A DNA stretch of 39,173 nucleotides, from the NCBI GenBank assembly GCA_964389585.1, contig CAYMFZ010000002.1:6111-45283 (forward strand). The letters run 5' to 3'. This DNA is from an uncultured Pirellulaceae bacterium (GTDB lineage: Bacteria; Planctomycetota; Planctomycetia; Pirellulales; Pirellulaceae). The position numbers were made by a program, and so were the translations under genes. Under the pieces are notes generated by a model, which saw only the letters and a list, made by a program, of their open reading frames with translations, was not told the origin of the DNA and made no database searches. Shown one piece after another: positions 18,646 to 29,298 of the stretch (positions are counted from its first letter, which is position 1; each line of letters opens with the position of its first letter).

Positions 18646-21147
18646 CTACTGCAGGTGATCAGCAAGCTGCTTCAAAGCCAACTCAACCGTTTGGATCGCA
18701 TCGTTGAACTTTGGTGCCTCTTCCTCGTCGACGGCTTCGAGTTGCGCAGATTTATCAGAGGCAACCATCGCTCCGATTGCTCCAAAGCTTGATCGAAGTG
18801 AATGACCTGAGCGACGCGCCGTTTTCCAATCCTCATCGGCAACCGCTTGTCTGGCTTGGGCGATAAGATTGGGAGCTTCTTGCAAGCATGTCGAGCGCAG
18901 CAAGTCGACCAACTCCGGATCGCCGGCTGCGGTTTCCAGGGCAGCCGCCTCATCGAGAATTGGAATGGATTGATTGTCTTGTGACGGAGAGTTGTTCGTT
19001 CCAGATTGTTCCACGGCTAAATACAACTCATTAGGTTTATACGGTTTGATCAAATGGCTATCCATGCCGGCGTCAAGGAAACGCTCCTTGTCGCCACTCA
19101 TCCCATGGGCAGTTAAAGCAACGACCCATTGATGTTTGCCGGTTGCTTTTTCTTGCTCTCGCAAAATCTTTACAGCCGACAACCCATCGAGTTCGGGAAG
19201 TTGAATATCCATCAATACGATATCATAATCGTTCTGTTCGATGGCTTCGAGAGCTTGGCGGCCTGACTCGACTAAATCAACGTGATGGCCTCGTTTTTCC
19301 AGCAGACCAATCGCGACTTTTTGGTTGACCAACCCATCTTCAGCCAGCAAAACTCGCAAGCCCCGCTGAGAATGAGATCGAATGGAATTTGGCTTTGATT
19401 TCTCAATAGCCAAAGCATCCGTCGGTTCAAGTCTAGCAGTGAATCCGAATACACTCCCTTTGCCAGCAACTGATTTGACGTCAGCGGTTCCCTGCATCAT
19501 CTCGGCAAGCGTCTTACAAATCGAAAGCCCAAGTCCAGTTCCGCCAAAACGTCGACTGATTGTGACGTTCTCTTGCTTGAATGGCTGAAAGACATCGGCG
19601 ACACGATCAGGAGCAATTCCAATTCCCGTATCCTCGACTTCGAAACGCAAGAGGTGCGACTTCGAAGAACCAGAATCAGAATCGGACTTAAAAAGACGAA
19701 CGTTGATTTCACCACGTTCGGTAAATTTGACGGCGTTGCTCAGCAGATTGAGCAGGATCTGTCTAAGCCGGAGCGGATCGCCAATGTAAACAGGAGCAAC
19801 CTGCTGACCATGCTCGATGTTAATCTTCAAGCCCTTTTGGTTGGCTTTGATTTCCATCAGCCCGACAACATCGTTGACCATTTTTTCAATGGCGAAAGGA
19901 CGATTCTCAAGCTCCAATTGACCGGCTTCAATTTTTGAGATGTCCAACACATCGTTGATCAGAGCCAAGAGGTTTTCTGCACTTCCACTGGCAAGGTCGA
20001 GATACTCAGATTGCTTGGCGTCGAGATCAGTTCCTCGGAGAAGCTCACACATACCCAGTACGCCATTCATTGGCGTGCGAATCTCGTGGCTCATATTGGC
20101 GACAAAGAAACTTTTCGCGCGGTTGGCAGAATCGGCTTCCTGGCGCGCGAGTTCCAGTTGGCGATTCGCAATTTCAGTCTGTTTTTGGGCAACTTCCAAA
20201 TCCTCAATGAGACTTGCCTGTTTTCGATTCCAAAATAGAGTCGCTATCGTTCCCAGCGTCATCGCAGTCAGAAGCGCACCAAGGCTCCACCAAAAACTTG
20301 GGTGTTCGTAAAACTTCTTTTGGAAAAATCCTGATGTGACCCAGCGAGCATGGTACTCACGGTGCTCGGAGGGCGTCATGCGGTCAAGCGTTTTTGAAAT
20401 GATGTCGGCGAACTCACTCCAGTCGTCGCGCACCCCAAATCCGTTGGAGTAAACAAAATCAGTTTCGCCCGCAACGCGGAGGTTAGTAATGCCTTCCTTC
20501 TCAGCCATGTAAGTCACAACTGATGCGCCGCCGAAAAAAGCGTCTACTTCTCCGGTCGACAACATGCGAACGCCTTGGGCCGGTCCGTCGACTTCGACCA
20601 ATTCGATTTCGGGATAAGAAGTTCGCAAGAAAAATTCACCCGTGTAGTCGTTGGGCACCGCGACTTTTTTTCCGGCAAGGTCCGAAAGCTCAAGCTTGCC
20701 AACTTCTTCTTTTCTGACCACGATCAAAGCCGGGAAAGTGATATACGGTTTACTGACCGAAACGAACTTTCGCGTTGACCAAGGAACAATTAGTGGTACC
20801 GCATCAATCTCGCGATTTCCCAACATCTGAAGATTTTCTTTCCATTGGTTGGTTCTAACCAATTCAAACTCAACGCCCAGTTCTTTGGAAAAACGATCAA
20901 GGTAGGTTGAGACAACGCCTTTGTATTCATCAACCGGACCGTTCTTTGTTTCTCTTGTTTCCCAAATCTCAAAAGGAGGAAAGCTGGGAGTGGGGGCGAT
21001 TCGAATAACTGGATGGTCCGCCAACCATTTCTGTTCTGATTTTGTCAGCCAACTAAGGTCGCGCGGAGTTTGCGCAGAGGTGGTCGCATCGACCAGAATG
21101 CAACTCAAAAGTAGAGTCGCAAGTGAGATCCTTTTGAAACGTGGCAT
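18646..21147 (-). CDS. Hybrid sensor histidine kinase (periplasmic-binding-protein sensor, TM, HisKA, HATPase, REC, Hpt)
   Basis: Signal peptide; FPPFE PBP domain; [13 protein letters not shown]; [10 protein letters not shown]; DTGIG; GGTGLGL; LLAED...LMDIQLP...KP; Hpt HSLRSS. Start at 21147 or 21162. Confidence 0.93.
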   Translation of the reverse strand: MPRFKRISLATLLLSCILVDATTSAQTPRDLSWLTKSEQKWLADHPVIRIAPTPSFPPFEIWETRETKNGPVDEYKGVVSTYLDRFSKELGVEFELVRTNQWKENLQMLGNREIDAVPLIVPWSTRKFVSVSKPYITFPALIVVRKEEVGKLELSDLAGKKVAVPNDYTGEFFLRTSYPEIELVEVDGPAQGVRMLSTGEVDAFFGGASVVTYMAEKEGITNLRVAGETDFVYSNGFGVRDDWSEFADIISKTLDRMTPSEHREYHARWVTSGFFQKKFYEHPSFWWSLGALLTAMTLGTIATLFWNRKQASLIEDLEVAQKQTEIANRQLELARQEADSANRAKSFFVANMSHEIRTPMNGVLGMCELLRGTDLDAKQSEYLDLASGSAENLLALINDVLDISKIEAGQLELENRPFAIEKMVNDVVGLMEIKANQKGLKINIEHGQQVAPVYIGDPLRLRQILLNLLSNAVKFTERGEINVRLFKSDSDSGSSKSHLLRFEVEDTGIGIAPDRVADVFQPFKQENVTISRRFGGTGLGLSICKTLAEMMQGTADVKSVAGKGSVFGFTARLEPTDALAIEKSKPNSIRSHSQRGLRVLLAEDGLVNQKVAIGLLEKRGHHVDLVESGRQALEAIEQNDYDIVLMDIQLPELDGLSAVKILREQEKATGKHQWVVALTAHGMSGDKERFLDAGMDSHLIKPYKPNELYLAVEQSGTNNSPSQDNQSIPILDEAAALETAAGDPELVDLLRSTCLQEAPNLIAQARQAVADEDWKTARRSGHSLRSSFGAIGAMVASDKSAQLEAVDEEEAPKFNDAIQTVELALKQLADHLQ

Positions 21148-21591
21148 GAGCTCTCCAGCCAAAATTCTACGGAGATAGCAAACCGATTACAAAGATTTTC
21201 CACGTTATTCGCTCGTCCGGATCGAGATCGGAAGTTCGCTTTCAAACTTGTAAGAGTTCAGAAATGGGCAGGCGTCAAAGCTGCACAGAATGACTTTTCC
21301 GGCGAGCGAGGTAAGGGCTTCAGCCAACATTGCAAACGAGACCGTGTTTCGTTTCCATCTATCTCCCAAGCATGTCGGAAACGCTTTTTGAAAGGTTTCC
21401 CCAGCTTTGACCAAGTGTCGCAAAAAGATTTGAAAATTCTCAAATAGAGAGCCAATATTTCACATACACGGCTTTTTTTGCATGAATGTTCGGAAAACCG
21501 AATTGGCACGGCAGGTGCGATAGGTGAGATGGAGTTTCATCAAGGAGATAACATCCATTTCAAAAACTATATCTAAAAAGGAGTTTTTTGC

Positions 21592-22224
21592 ATGCAGATA
21601 TCGCCATACAAGCCAGATGTCGATTTGTTTCAGACGCCGTACTTTTTCTTTTCGAACAATCGAGATTCAGAAATCCTTTACGTGAGTCCCTCTGTCCAAG
21701 ACGTCTTGGGATATTCGCCCTGCGAAATGGTAGGTCGCAACTACACCGAGTTCTTTGAATCAGAAGTGACCCCGAACGATGTCCGGCTTCCAAGCCGACC
21801 TCGACCAACGAGCAAGACAAGTCGAACTTCTTTGAGGGTGGTAGCTGCTCGAGACGGATCTACCAAAGTCTTAAAAATCCAGTCTTATGGAAAAGTTGAT
21901 GAGTCGGGACGAATCGTAGTTGATCATACGATTGCTCAAGACATTTCAGGCGAGTTCGAAGCGAGAACTCACATCAATGAACGGCTGGAAAAATTGTTAT
22001 CGGTAGAAGCAGCCCTGTCCGAGCGAGAAGCAAGTGCATTGAAATCTGTCATTGCCGGAAAACCGAACAAGGCCATCGCAAAACAGTTCTCAATTACTGA
22101 GCGTGCCGTTGAAATGATTCGCTCTCGATTGATGAAGAAATTTGACGTCGGCACGTCTGCTGAATTGATCGCACTGGCAAGCGAGCTTGAGACGTTACGC
22201 GGTGTTCTTCAATTCAACGATTGA
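21592..22224 (+). CDS. PAS-domain LuxR/FixJ-type HTH regulator
   Basis: YVSPSVQDVLGYSPCEMVGR PAS motif; LSERE...GKPNKAIA...ITERAVEMIRSRLMKK HTH. Confidence 0.88.
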   Translation: MQISPYKPDVDLFQTPYFFFSNNRDSEILYVSPSVQDVLGYSPCEMVGRNYTEFFESEVTPNDVRLPSRPRPTSKTSRTSLRVVAARDGSTKVLKIQSYGKVDESGRIVVDHTIAQDISGEFEARTHINERLEKLLSVEAALSEREASALKSVIAGKPNKAIAKQFSITERAVEMIRSRLMKKFDVGTSAELIALASELETLRGVLQFND

Positions 22225-22250
22225 GTTGAAATTCAAAGTTGCCTGGGTCG

Positions 22251-22289
22251 TTGACGTTGGGCCGAGTCGTTAACGCTCGGCCAACGCAA
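22251..22289. terminator. Hairpin between convergent genes (possible terminator or decayed REP)
   Basis: TTGACGTTGGGCCGAG-TCGTTAACG-CTCGGCCAACGCAA imperfect inverted repeat; no clear U-tract. Confidence 0.45.
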
Positions 22290-22445
22290 TCTAAAACGCC
22301 AGCCTGTTTCGCAACTCATGCTCTTCTTTCTGGGCCAAGGCTGGTGACAACGCATTGAACTAGGATCAAAAAAACGGAGCAAGCCAAATACTTGTGGCGA
22401 GCTCCGTTCTTTTATCAATCGTAAACTTGCGACTACCGCTACTGA

Positions 22446-24536
22446 TTACCGATCAGCAACATAGACCGCCAAAGATTTATATGGCAGCGTATGGCTGCCA
22501 CTTGCTGCCAATTCTGGTCCGTCAAGTTCTGGGTAAACATCGTGTGGCGAGGGAAGCGAAGTATCAACGAACAGTCGCCACTTTTTTGATTTCGCGATCG
22601 TCGGAATTAGAAAGCGACTTCCTTGGCCACTCGAATTCAACATCAGTAGCACATCTCTACCCATCCCCTCTGGGTCGTCTTCTGGTTTTGGGGCCGCGAG
22701 CAAACAGATGATTGATTGCTCTGAGGCATGCCAATCAACAGCGGTTCCAAGGGCACTGTACCAACTCACGTCCGCCCATCCGTCTTTGCTGTCAGGAACA
22801 CCGGTCAAGAAAGTTTGCCGTCTGACGGTCGGTTGGTTTCTTCGGAACTCGATCAGCGAGCGTGTGAATCGAATGAGTTCCGCGTTGTCTTCAACAAGCT
22901 TCCAGTCGAGCCAAGAGATTTCGTTATCCTGGCAATAAGCGTTGTTGTTGCCGTTTTGCGTTCGTCGGAATTCGTCGCCAGCGACAAGCATCGGAACGCC
23001 TTGGCTCAGCATCAACGTAGAGATCATGTTTTTGATCTGACGAAGACGGAGTTGGTCGATCAGCGGTTGGTCTGTGGGGCCTTCGACGCCAAAGTTTTCG
23101 CTGAAGTTATGATTGTCGCCGTCTCGATTGTCTTCGCCATTAGCGAGGTTGTGCTTTTGGCTGTAGCTGGAAAGGTCACTCAGCGTAAACCCATCATGCG
23201 AAGTGATGAAGTTGATGCTGCTGCAAGGCGGACGGCCACCAGGTTGATAGAGGTCCGCTGATCCCGCCAAACGAGTCGCAAGCGCGCCTCTCGTCCCACT
23301 GTCGCCTCGCCAGTAACTCCGAATATCATCTCGGTATCGACCATTCCACTCGGCCCAGCGATCGTCGCCGAACGAGCCGACCTGATAAGCACCTGCGGCG
23401 TCCCAGGCTTCGGCAATGATCTTCGTATCAGCCAACAAAGGATCTTCGCCAATCGCTTCGACAAGCGGAGGATTGGGAACAAGGTGGCCATTGCGGTCAC
23501 GGCTGAGAATCGATGCTAGATCAAAACGGAATCCGTCGATGTGGTAGTTGTGAACCCAGTGACGCAAAGAGTGAAAGATCATTTCGCGAACGATTGGGTG
23601 ATTCCCATTAACCGTGTTTCCGCAACCAGAATAGTTCTTGTAGTAGCGTTGGTCATTTTCGAGCATGTAGTAGACGGAGTTCTCAAGCCCTTTGAAGCTA
23701 AGCACTGGTCCACGCTCGTTTCCCTCACACGTGTGGTTGTAAACCACATCGAGAATGACTTCGATGCCGGCTTCGTGAAGAGCCTTAACCATTTGTTTGA
23801 ACTCAACGACTTGGGCACCCGGAGTCTGATCATGGGCATACCCGCGATGCGGCGCGAAAAACGCCATCGAGTCGTAGCCCCAATAGTTCGGTCTTTCGCT
23901 TCGCGTTCCATCCGTCGCGAGAATGGGAAACTCATGAATCGGCATCAGCTCAACAGCCGTCACGCCTAGAGACTGAAGGTAAGGAATCTTTTCGATGACG
24001 CCCAAGTACGTTCCCGGATGTTCGACGCCACTGGAGTCATGTTTGGTAAACCCTCGAACGTGCATTTCATAGATGACAGATTCAGAAAGATCACGACGCA
24101 GATGCCGGTCGCCTTCCCAGTCGAAATTGTCATCGACGACAACGCACTTTGGCGGACGGACAATGCCATCGTTGGAAGGGTGGAAGGTGCCCGCGAGAGC
24201 TTTTGCGTACGGATCGATCAAGCGAGCATGTGGCTGAAACCGCATTCCTCGGCTGGGGTCGTTGGGACCGTTGGCTTGAAAATGATAAAGCTGACCTGGG
24301 CCTACGCCCGGCACAAAGATGCTCCAGATGTCGCCCCAACGATTTGTTTCTGGTTCAAAATTTAAGACTTCGGACGGCTCAAGATCGTTAACGTCGTCGT
24401 ATAGCAACAAACGCATTTCGGTCGCGCTACGGCTGAAGACGACGAACTGAACGCCTTGTTCATGAATCACCGCGCCGTAAGGCAGCAAGTGCGTAAATTG
24501 AAGTTTTGGATGGGTGTGTCGCATGTGCATTAACAT
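22446..24536 (-). CDS. glgX: Glycogen debranching enzyme (GH13 isoamylase)
   Basis: NYWGY, DVVYNH, DGFRFDLA, AEAWD, ITSHDGFTL and QNGNNNAYCQDNE motifs; GAGG upstream. Confidence 0.95.
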   Translation of the reverse strand: MLMHMRHTHPKLQFTHLLPYGAVIHEQGVQFVVFSRSATEMRLLLYDDVNDLEPSEVLNFEPETNRWGDIWSIFVPGVGPGQLYHFQANGPNDPSRGMRFQPHARLIDPYAKALAGTFHPSNDGIVRPPKCVVVDDNFDWEGDRHLRRDLSESVIYEMHVRGFTKHDSSGVEHPGTYLGVIEKIPYLQSLGVTAVELMPIHEFPILATDGTRSERPNYWGYDSMAFFAPHRGYAHDQTPGAQVVEFKQMVKALHEAGIEVILDVVYNHTCEGNERGPVLSFKGLENSVYYMLENDQRYYKNYSGCGNTVNGNHPIVREMIFHSLRHWVHNYHIDGFRFDLASILSRDRNGHLVPNPPLVEAIGEDPLLADTKIIAEAWDAAGAYQVGSFGDDRWAEWNGRYRDDIRSYWRGDSGTRGALATRLAGSADLYQPGGRPPCSSINFITSHDGFTLSDLSSYSQKHNLANGEDNRDGDNHNFSENFGVEGPTDQPLIDQLRLRQIKNMISTLMLSQGVPMLVAGDEFRRTQNGNNNAYCQDNEISWLDWKLVEDNAELIRFTRSLIEFRRNQPTVRRQTFLTGVPDSKDGWADVSWYSALGTAVDWHASEQSIICLLAAPKPEDDPEGMGRDVLLMLNSSGQGSRFLIPTIAKSKKWRLFVDTSLPSPHDVYPELDGPELAASGSHTLPYKSLAVYVADR

Positions 24537-25092
24537 TGGTCATTTCCTCGTTGTTGACAATCCCATGCGTTGCGATCCCTGCTAACCAACATGTAGAATT
24601 TCGCCTGAACTCCGGTTGGAACTCAGGCTAAAAGGTAAGGTGTATACCCTTACATCAGGCCAAGAGCGGCTGAGTCTTAATTTGTTTTTCACGACTCAAG
24701 GCGACAACCAATACCGACAGGATGCGGGAAATTGGAAACCGTGAAGGATTCGGAAAAGCTTCAAGGCGGATGAAGCCGATCCGCCCGTTAGCGACAGATA
24801 GTGTTATTTGCCGCATGGTTGCCGGAATTGAGCGAATCAGGCAAACTATTCTGGGCGGGGCAGCTCTGACGGACACGTTGCCTCGTTTGAATGAGCTGAT
24901 TCCAATTGCGGCAGGCTGACGTTTTGCGGTTAAAATTGGCTTGGCGGCACCCGGCAGGTGTCAACGATTCAAGCCTCGCGATATAGTTCGAGTTCGCTGA
25001 ACGATTGTTTGAGCAATTTTTTTGAGCGAACGACTTAGCACAAGTTCGAATAGCGAACGATTTACAAAACCGACGGACATTCAAGCGAGCCC

Positions 25093-26160
25093 ATGACTGG
25101 CGTTTCCTACAAAGATTCTGGAGTCGACCTCGACGTTTACAACGAGGCGATGAAGCGATTGCCGAAGTTGATGCACCGCACGTTTTCGCCGCGGGTACGT
25201 CAACTCGATGGTGGATTCGCCGGACTGTTCGAGCTTGATTTTCAAAACAAACTCTTCCGTCGAAACTACGAAGACCCAATGTTGGTCGCGTGTACCGATG
25301 GCGTCGGCACCAAACTCAAGCTCGCTCAAATGCTGGGCCGACATGACACCGTTGGCATCGACTTGGTCGCCATGTGCGTCAACGACGCAATTTGTTGCGG
25401 AGCGGAGCCGTTGTTCTTCCTCGACTACGTCGCCATGTCGCACGACGATCCTGTCGCGCTTGAGCAAATTGTTTCAGGAATCAGCGACGGTTGCTTGGCT
25501 GCAGATTGTGCTTTACTCGGTGGTGAGACGGCGATCATGCCGGATCTTTATCAACGTGGCGAGTATGATCTGGCCGGTTTTTGTGTTGGCGTTGTTGAGC
25601 GAAAGCACGTTATCGATGGACATTCAATTGCCGCTGATGATGTGGTGATCGGCGTCGCGTCGAGTGGCGTTCATTCCAATGGCTTTAGCCTGGTTCGCAA
25701 GATTGCTTTTGATGTCGGCAAGAAGAAACCTGAAGACTTGGTCGAGGGAACTGACAAGACGGTCGCCGAAACGTTGATCGAGCCGACTTTGATTTACACC
25801 AAAGCGATTCGAAAAGTCTTAAGCCGTTACAAAGTCAAAAATGTCATTCACGGGATCGCCCACATCACCGGTGGCGGGCTTGAAGAGAATATCGAGCGGA
25901 TTACACCGGACGGAATCGCGATTGATATCGATGGCAATTCTTGGGAGCGCCCGCCGGTGTTCAAGTGGCTTCAAGATCTCGGCAAGGTCGAAACCGAAGA
26001 GATGTTTCGTGTGTTCAACATGGGCCTGGGATTGGCACTGATTGTCAGTCCGTACTACGCTGACGCGATTTCACGAACGTTGGAAGAGCATGGTCATCCG
26101 AACTGGGTCATTGGATCGGTGAAAGCCGGCGAAAAGCGCGTAACCGTTCACGACAAGTGA
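25093..26160 (+). CDS. purM: Phosphoribosylformylglycinamidine cyclo-ligase (AIR synthetase)
   Basis: [45 protein letters not shown] and FNMGLG motifs. Confidence 0.97.
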   Translation: MTGVSYKDSGVDLDVYNEAMKRLPKLMHRTFSPRVRQLDGGFAGLFELDFQNKLFRRNYEDPMLVACTDGVGTKLKLAQMLGRHDTVGIDLVAMCVNDAICCGAEPLFFLDYVAMSHDDPVALEQIVSGISDGCLAADCALLGGETAIMPDLYQRGEYDLAGFCVGVVERKHVIDGHSIAADDVVIGVASSGVHSNGFSLVRKIAFDVGKKKPEDLVEGTDKTVAETLIEPTLIYTKAIRKVLSRYKVKNVIHGIAHITGGGLEENIERITPDGIAIDIDGNSWERPPVFKWLQDLGKVETEEMFRVFNMGLGLALIVSPYYADAISRTLEEHGHPNWVIGSVKAGEKRVTVHDK

Positions 26161-26260
26161 ACCCCTATGACCTTGGAACAAGATAGATGCCCGTTCCACG
26201 CTTACGACGACGCGACGAAAAGGCAAATCGCCGCCGACCATGAGCGAAACGCGAACATCT

Positions 26261-26359
26261 ATCCCCAAGGGATTTCAGCCCATAGCCGGTGGTTTGAGCG
26301 AAGCAAACACCACCGGTACGTTTTTCCAAAAAAGTTGTTTATCCCAGAGGGATTACAGC
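26261..26359. repeat. Composite REP-like element, family D
   Basis: Two ATCCC-nnn-GGGAT-nnCAGC hairpins 80 bp apart (26261, 26341) flanking the hairpin CCGGTGGT...ACCACCGG; between convergent genes. Confidence 0.7.
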
Positions 26360-26452
26360 AACCGAAAGAGCATCCGATGGGTTCGGAATCCAGTTCTTCC
26401 CTTTGCAAATCCGGCCAAGCCCTTAAATCAAAACTCTTGGACAAGCTCAGAT

Positions 26453-29032
26453 CTATGGAATGGGCAAAGCGGTTTGACGCTCGCTGAATTCTTCTGCTTT
26501 GGAAAGCGCTTCCAAAGCCTCGCTCGGTCCGAACAGACCTTCCAGGAGAATCGCAGGCTCTTCTGGGTAATTCGATGGGTAAATTAGATTCACCGGGATT
26601 TGAACGCGATCAACACGGTCGAGATCCTTTGAAATTCGCTGGTCGTTGTTCGTCATGTCTGCGATGACAAGTTTGACACCTAAAGATTTTAATTTGTCTT
26701 TAACATCCTGATTCGAGAAGACACGCCCCTCGTTTATTTTGCAATTCGCTCACCAGTCTGCGGTGTAGTCGACCCAGATAATCGGCTGGCGTTTTGCCAA
26801 TGAGTACTCCACCTTTCCCGGTGCCCAAAGATCCCAGTCGCCGTGCGAGACGACTTCACCCTTTTGTTGTGCCGCATCGAAACACATGTAACCACCAAGC
26901 AAGGCCAGCAATCCTGCCAAGCCATACCCAACCAAGAATCGCTTTTTTGTGGATTTTACTTCGCTCGGACTCCACTGCCCGTAGACGTAAGCCGCCAATC
27001 CAACCACCACCAAGGCCATTAACAACCAAGACAAACCTTTGATTCCTGTTTGGGCACCGAAGGTTCGAGCAAAAAATGCAACCGTGGCAAACAAAGTAAA
27101 TGCCATGATGGCTTTAAAAGTTTCCATCCACGGCCCGGGTTTCGGGAGTTTGTAAATCAAAGAAGGAAAAAACGAGAGAACTAAGTAAGGCAACGCGATC
27201 CCCAGAGCGAAGACCGTAAACAAGACCATCGCGATTTCAGCTGGCTGAGCTAACGTATAGCCCATGTCTGCACCAAAAAACTGGCCTGAGCATGGTGTGG
27301 CAATCAAAGTTGTCAAGATTCCATCAAAGAACGACCCGGAGTAACCCTTCTTTTGAGAAGCCGAGCCGCCTACCGAAGTTAGTGACGTGCCGATTTCAAA
27401 TACGCCGGCCATATTGAGTCCCAACAAAAACAAAAGGACGATGATTCCGCAAACGAAATACGGATTGCCCATCTGTTGGCCCCAGTTAACGCTTTGGTTA
27501 AACGATAATTTCAATACCAAAATAAATCCCGCCAAGACCCACATGGAGACGACGAGTCCGGCTGTAAAGGCAATTCCATGATTGCGAATTTTCTTGGGTT
27601 CACTGCCGGCTTGCATCACAAATCCCATGACCTTGAGTCCAAGCACAGGAAAAACGCAGGGCATCAAATTCAAAAGAATGCCACCTACAAACGCACCAAA
27701 CAACGCCGTCCAAAAAGTTGTCTTTGTCGTGTTGCCATCAAGTGTGACGTAGTTGATTTTTTCGTCGCTGTTATAGTAGCCCAACATCTCAGCCAATTTT
27801 TCTGGTGTGTCGGCTAAAACAGGGTAAGAACTTTCTTTGTCGTCGTCCGCGTCATCGACTTCAGGTTCTTCGTCTTTGGGAATTTCGCCATCGGCCATCG
27901 GTTGGGCTTTGTCGGCTTTCTTTGCAACAGCATAAGAAGCCTCCTTCCATTTCACAGGAACGATCGCAGCCTTGCCGAGTGGGATGGAAGCTTCAAACGA
28001 AGCACCCGCGGGCTGGTCGCAAGTTGAATCCGAACAAGCGTGATATCCAATCGCGCCGCTGACCGAATAAGAATCATCTGATTTTGCCGTCGATGGAATC
28101 GAAACGTAAAACGACCAAGTGATTGGGTCGTGATGATAAAAGGCGGGCTTGCCAAACGCTTCACCTTCTTCAGGTTCTTCCGAGGCAACAGGACCTTTGA
28201 CATCCCAGCCGTTGGTCTCAGTGAATCCAACGATCGTCGACATGTAGTCGGTCTTTTCGAGTGAGTACGAATAGACGTGGTAGTTGTCGGTCGGAGTTGC
28301 AGTGATTTCAAGTTTCACGACGTCGCCCGGGCGAATTGGCTTGTCGATACCTGACGCACGAATCAGCCGTGCACGAACTTTGGTGTGCAATCCGTCTTGC
28401 GCGAAATCCTCAATCTTGACATCGGGCTGAACAAAATCAGCTTTAACAGTCAACGATTCATCGTATCCATCAAACTCGCCTTCGAGCTCGAATGTAAGAG
28501 GAAGGCAACTGCCGCCGGTCTCACAAGTCTGACCGTTGTAAACGACGTTGATTGTCAGGTCTTCGGGGTCGACGCCATCAGCCAATTGGATTGGGGCGGA
28601 CCAAGTGATCTCGCCTTCGAACTCTTCGCAGGGTTCATCAAACCCCTTCTCCTCAACGATGTGTGGTTTCCGATCTGGTCGGAATTTACCAATCACCTTG
28701 TACTTATCAGATTCTTCAACCGTGAACTTTGAGGGCATCGGACCCTTTGTCTTGTTCATTGAAAAGACATGCCAGTTCGGCTGGATCTCAGCAGTCACTC
28801 GCAGGATACCTTTGGTCTTGCCTTTGACGATCTTGAACGTCGACGACATTTCGACTGGATCATCCGAGGGGATATTTCCAAAGTCACCAATTTTGTCTTT
28901 GAGAAATAGATCCTGTGCTTGTGCGGGACTGGCCGACATCTGAATCGATGCTAGGAATCCGAAGAGGATCGCCAAAACAAAAATCGCTTTGGGAGAACGA
29001 GACAACAAATTTCTGTAATTCGACTTCATCAT
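26453..29032 (-). CDS. dsbD: DsbD-like thiol:disulfide interchange protein (2x DsbD-N, TM domain, thioredoxin domain); probable selenoprotein with in-frame TGA at 26750..26752 (UxxC)
   Basis: Signal peptide; N domains with CETGGSC and CSDSTC; TM Cys motifs NLMPCVFP and ATPCSG; LPKPGPWM. VDYTADW-TGA-ANCKINEGRVF continues in frame, with no further stop, into the 26453..26656 ORF and completes the Trx fold (IPVNLIYP cis-Pro motif). About 859 aa with readthrough. Confidence 0.85.
26714..26732 (-). promoter_or_regulatory. Candidate bacterial SECIS hairpin
   Basis: mRNA: UGA + 17 nt + CGAGGGG-CGUGU-CUUCUCG. 7-bp stem with two G-U pairs and a 5-nt loop with G at position 2; the loop starts 24 nt after the UGA. 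Confidence 0.55.
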
Positions 29033-29298
29033 TTTTTCCACAACAGTCGTTGTTTGGAAGGAGTTTTGGAAGTGGCTTCTCAAACTGGCTCGAATGCCAA
29101 ACAATTGAATTTCACCAATACCCAAATCGTTTAATTGATAACGACAAAAGTATATCAATTATTGAGTTTTGGCTCTATGTTCGCGCGAAGCGACTTGCCA
29201 CTGTTTCGACGCCCGGTCATTCAGTTCCTTACGGAATCGTCTAAGCAAAGTTCGAGAGTTTTGCCATAGTGGGACGTTGGAGCAGAAAAACCAGCAAT

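Noticed and set aside
22708-24391. Multiple antisense ORFs within glgX, and similar ones inside other genes
   Set aside because: They are shadow frames of well-supported genes with no independent motifs.
24540-25092. Purine or ZTP riboswitch, or small gene, upstream of purM
   Set aside because: I could not find the conserved riboswitch motifs or a terminator, and the ORFs lack features. An Rfam scan would be needed to exclude it fully.
26167-26587. 106-aa and 115-aa ORFs after purM
   Set aside because: They span a REP-like element and overlap the dsbD 3' end, with no protein-like features.
26453-26656. 67-aa ORF as an independent gene, with dsbD as a frameshifted pseudogene
   Set aside because: It is in the same frame as dsbD, separated only by the TGA at the catalytic Cys position and 31 open codons. 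It is the second half of the thioredoxin domain and there is no frameshift.
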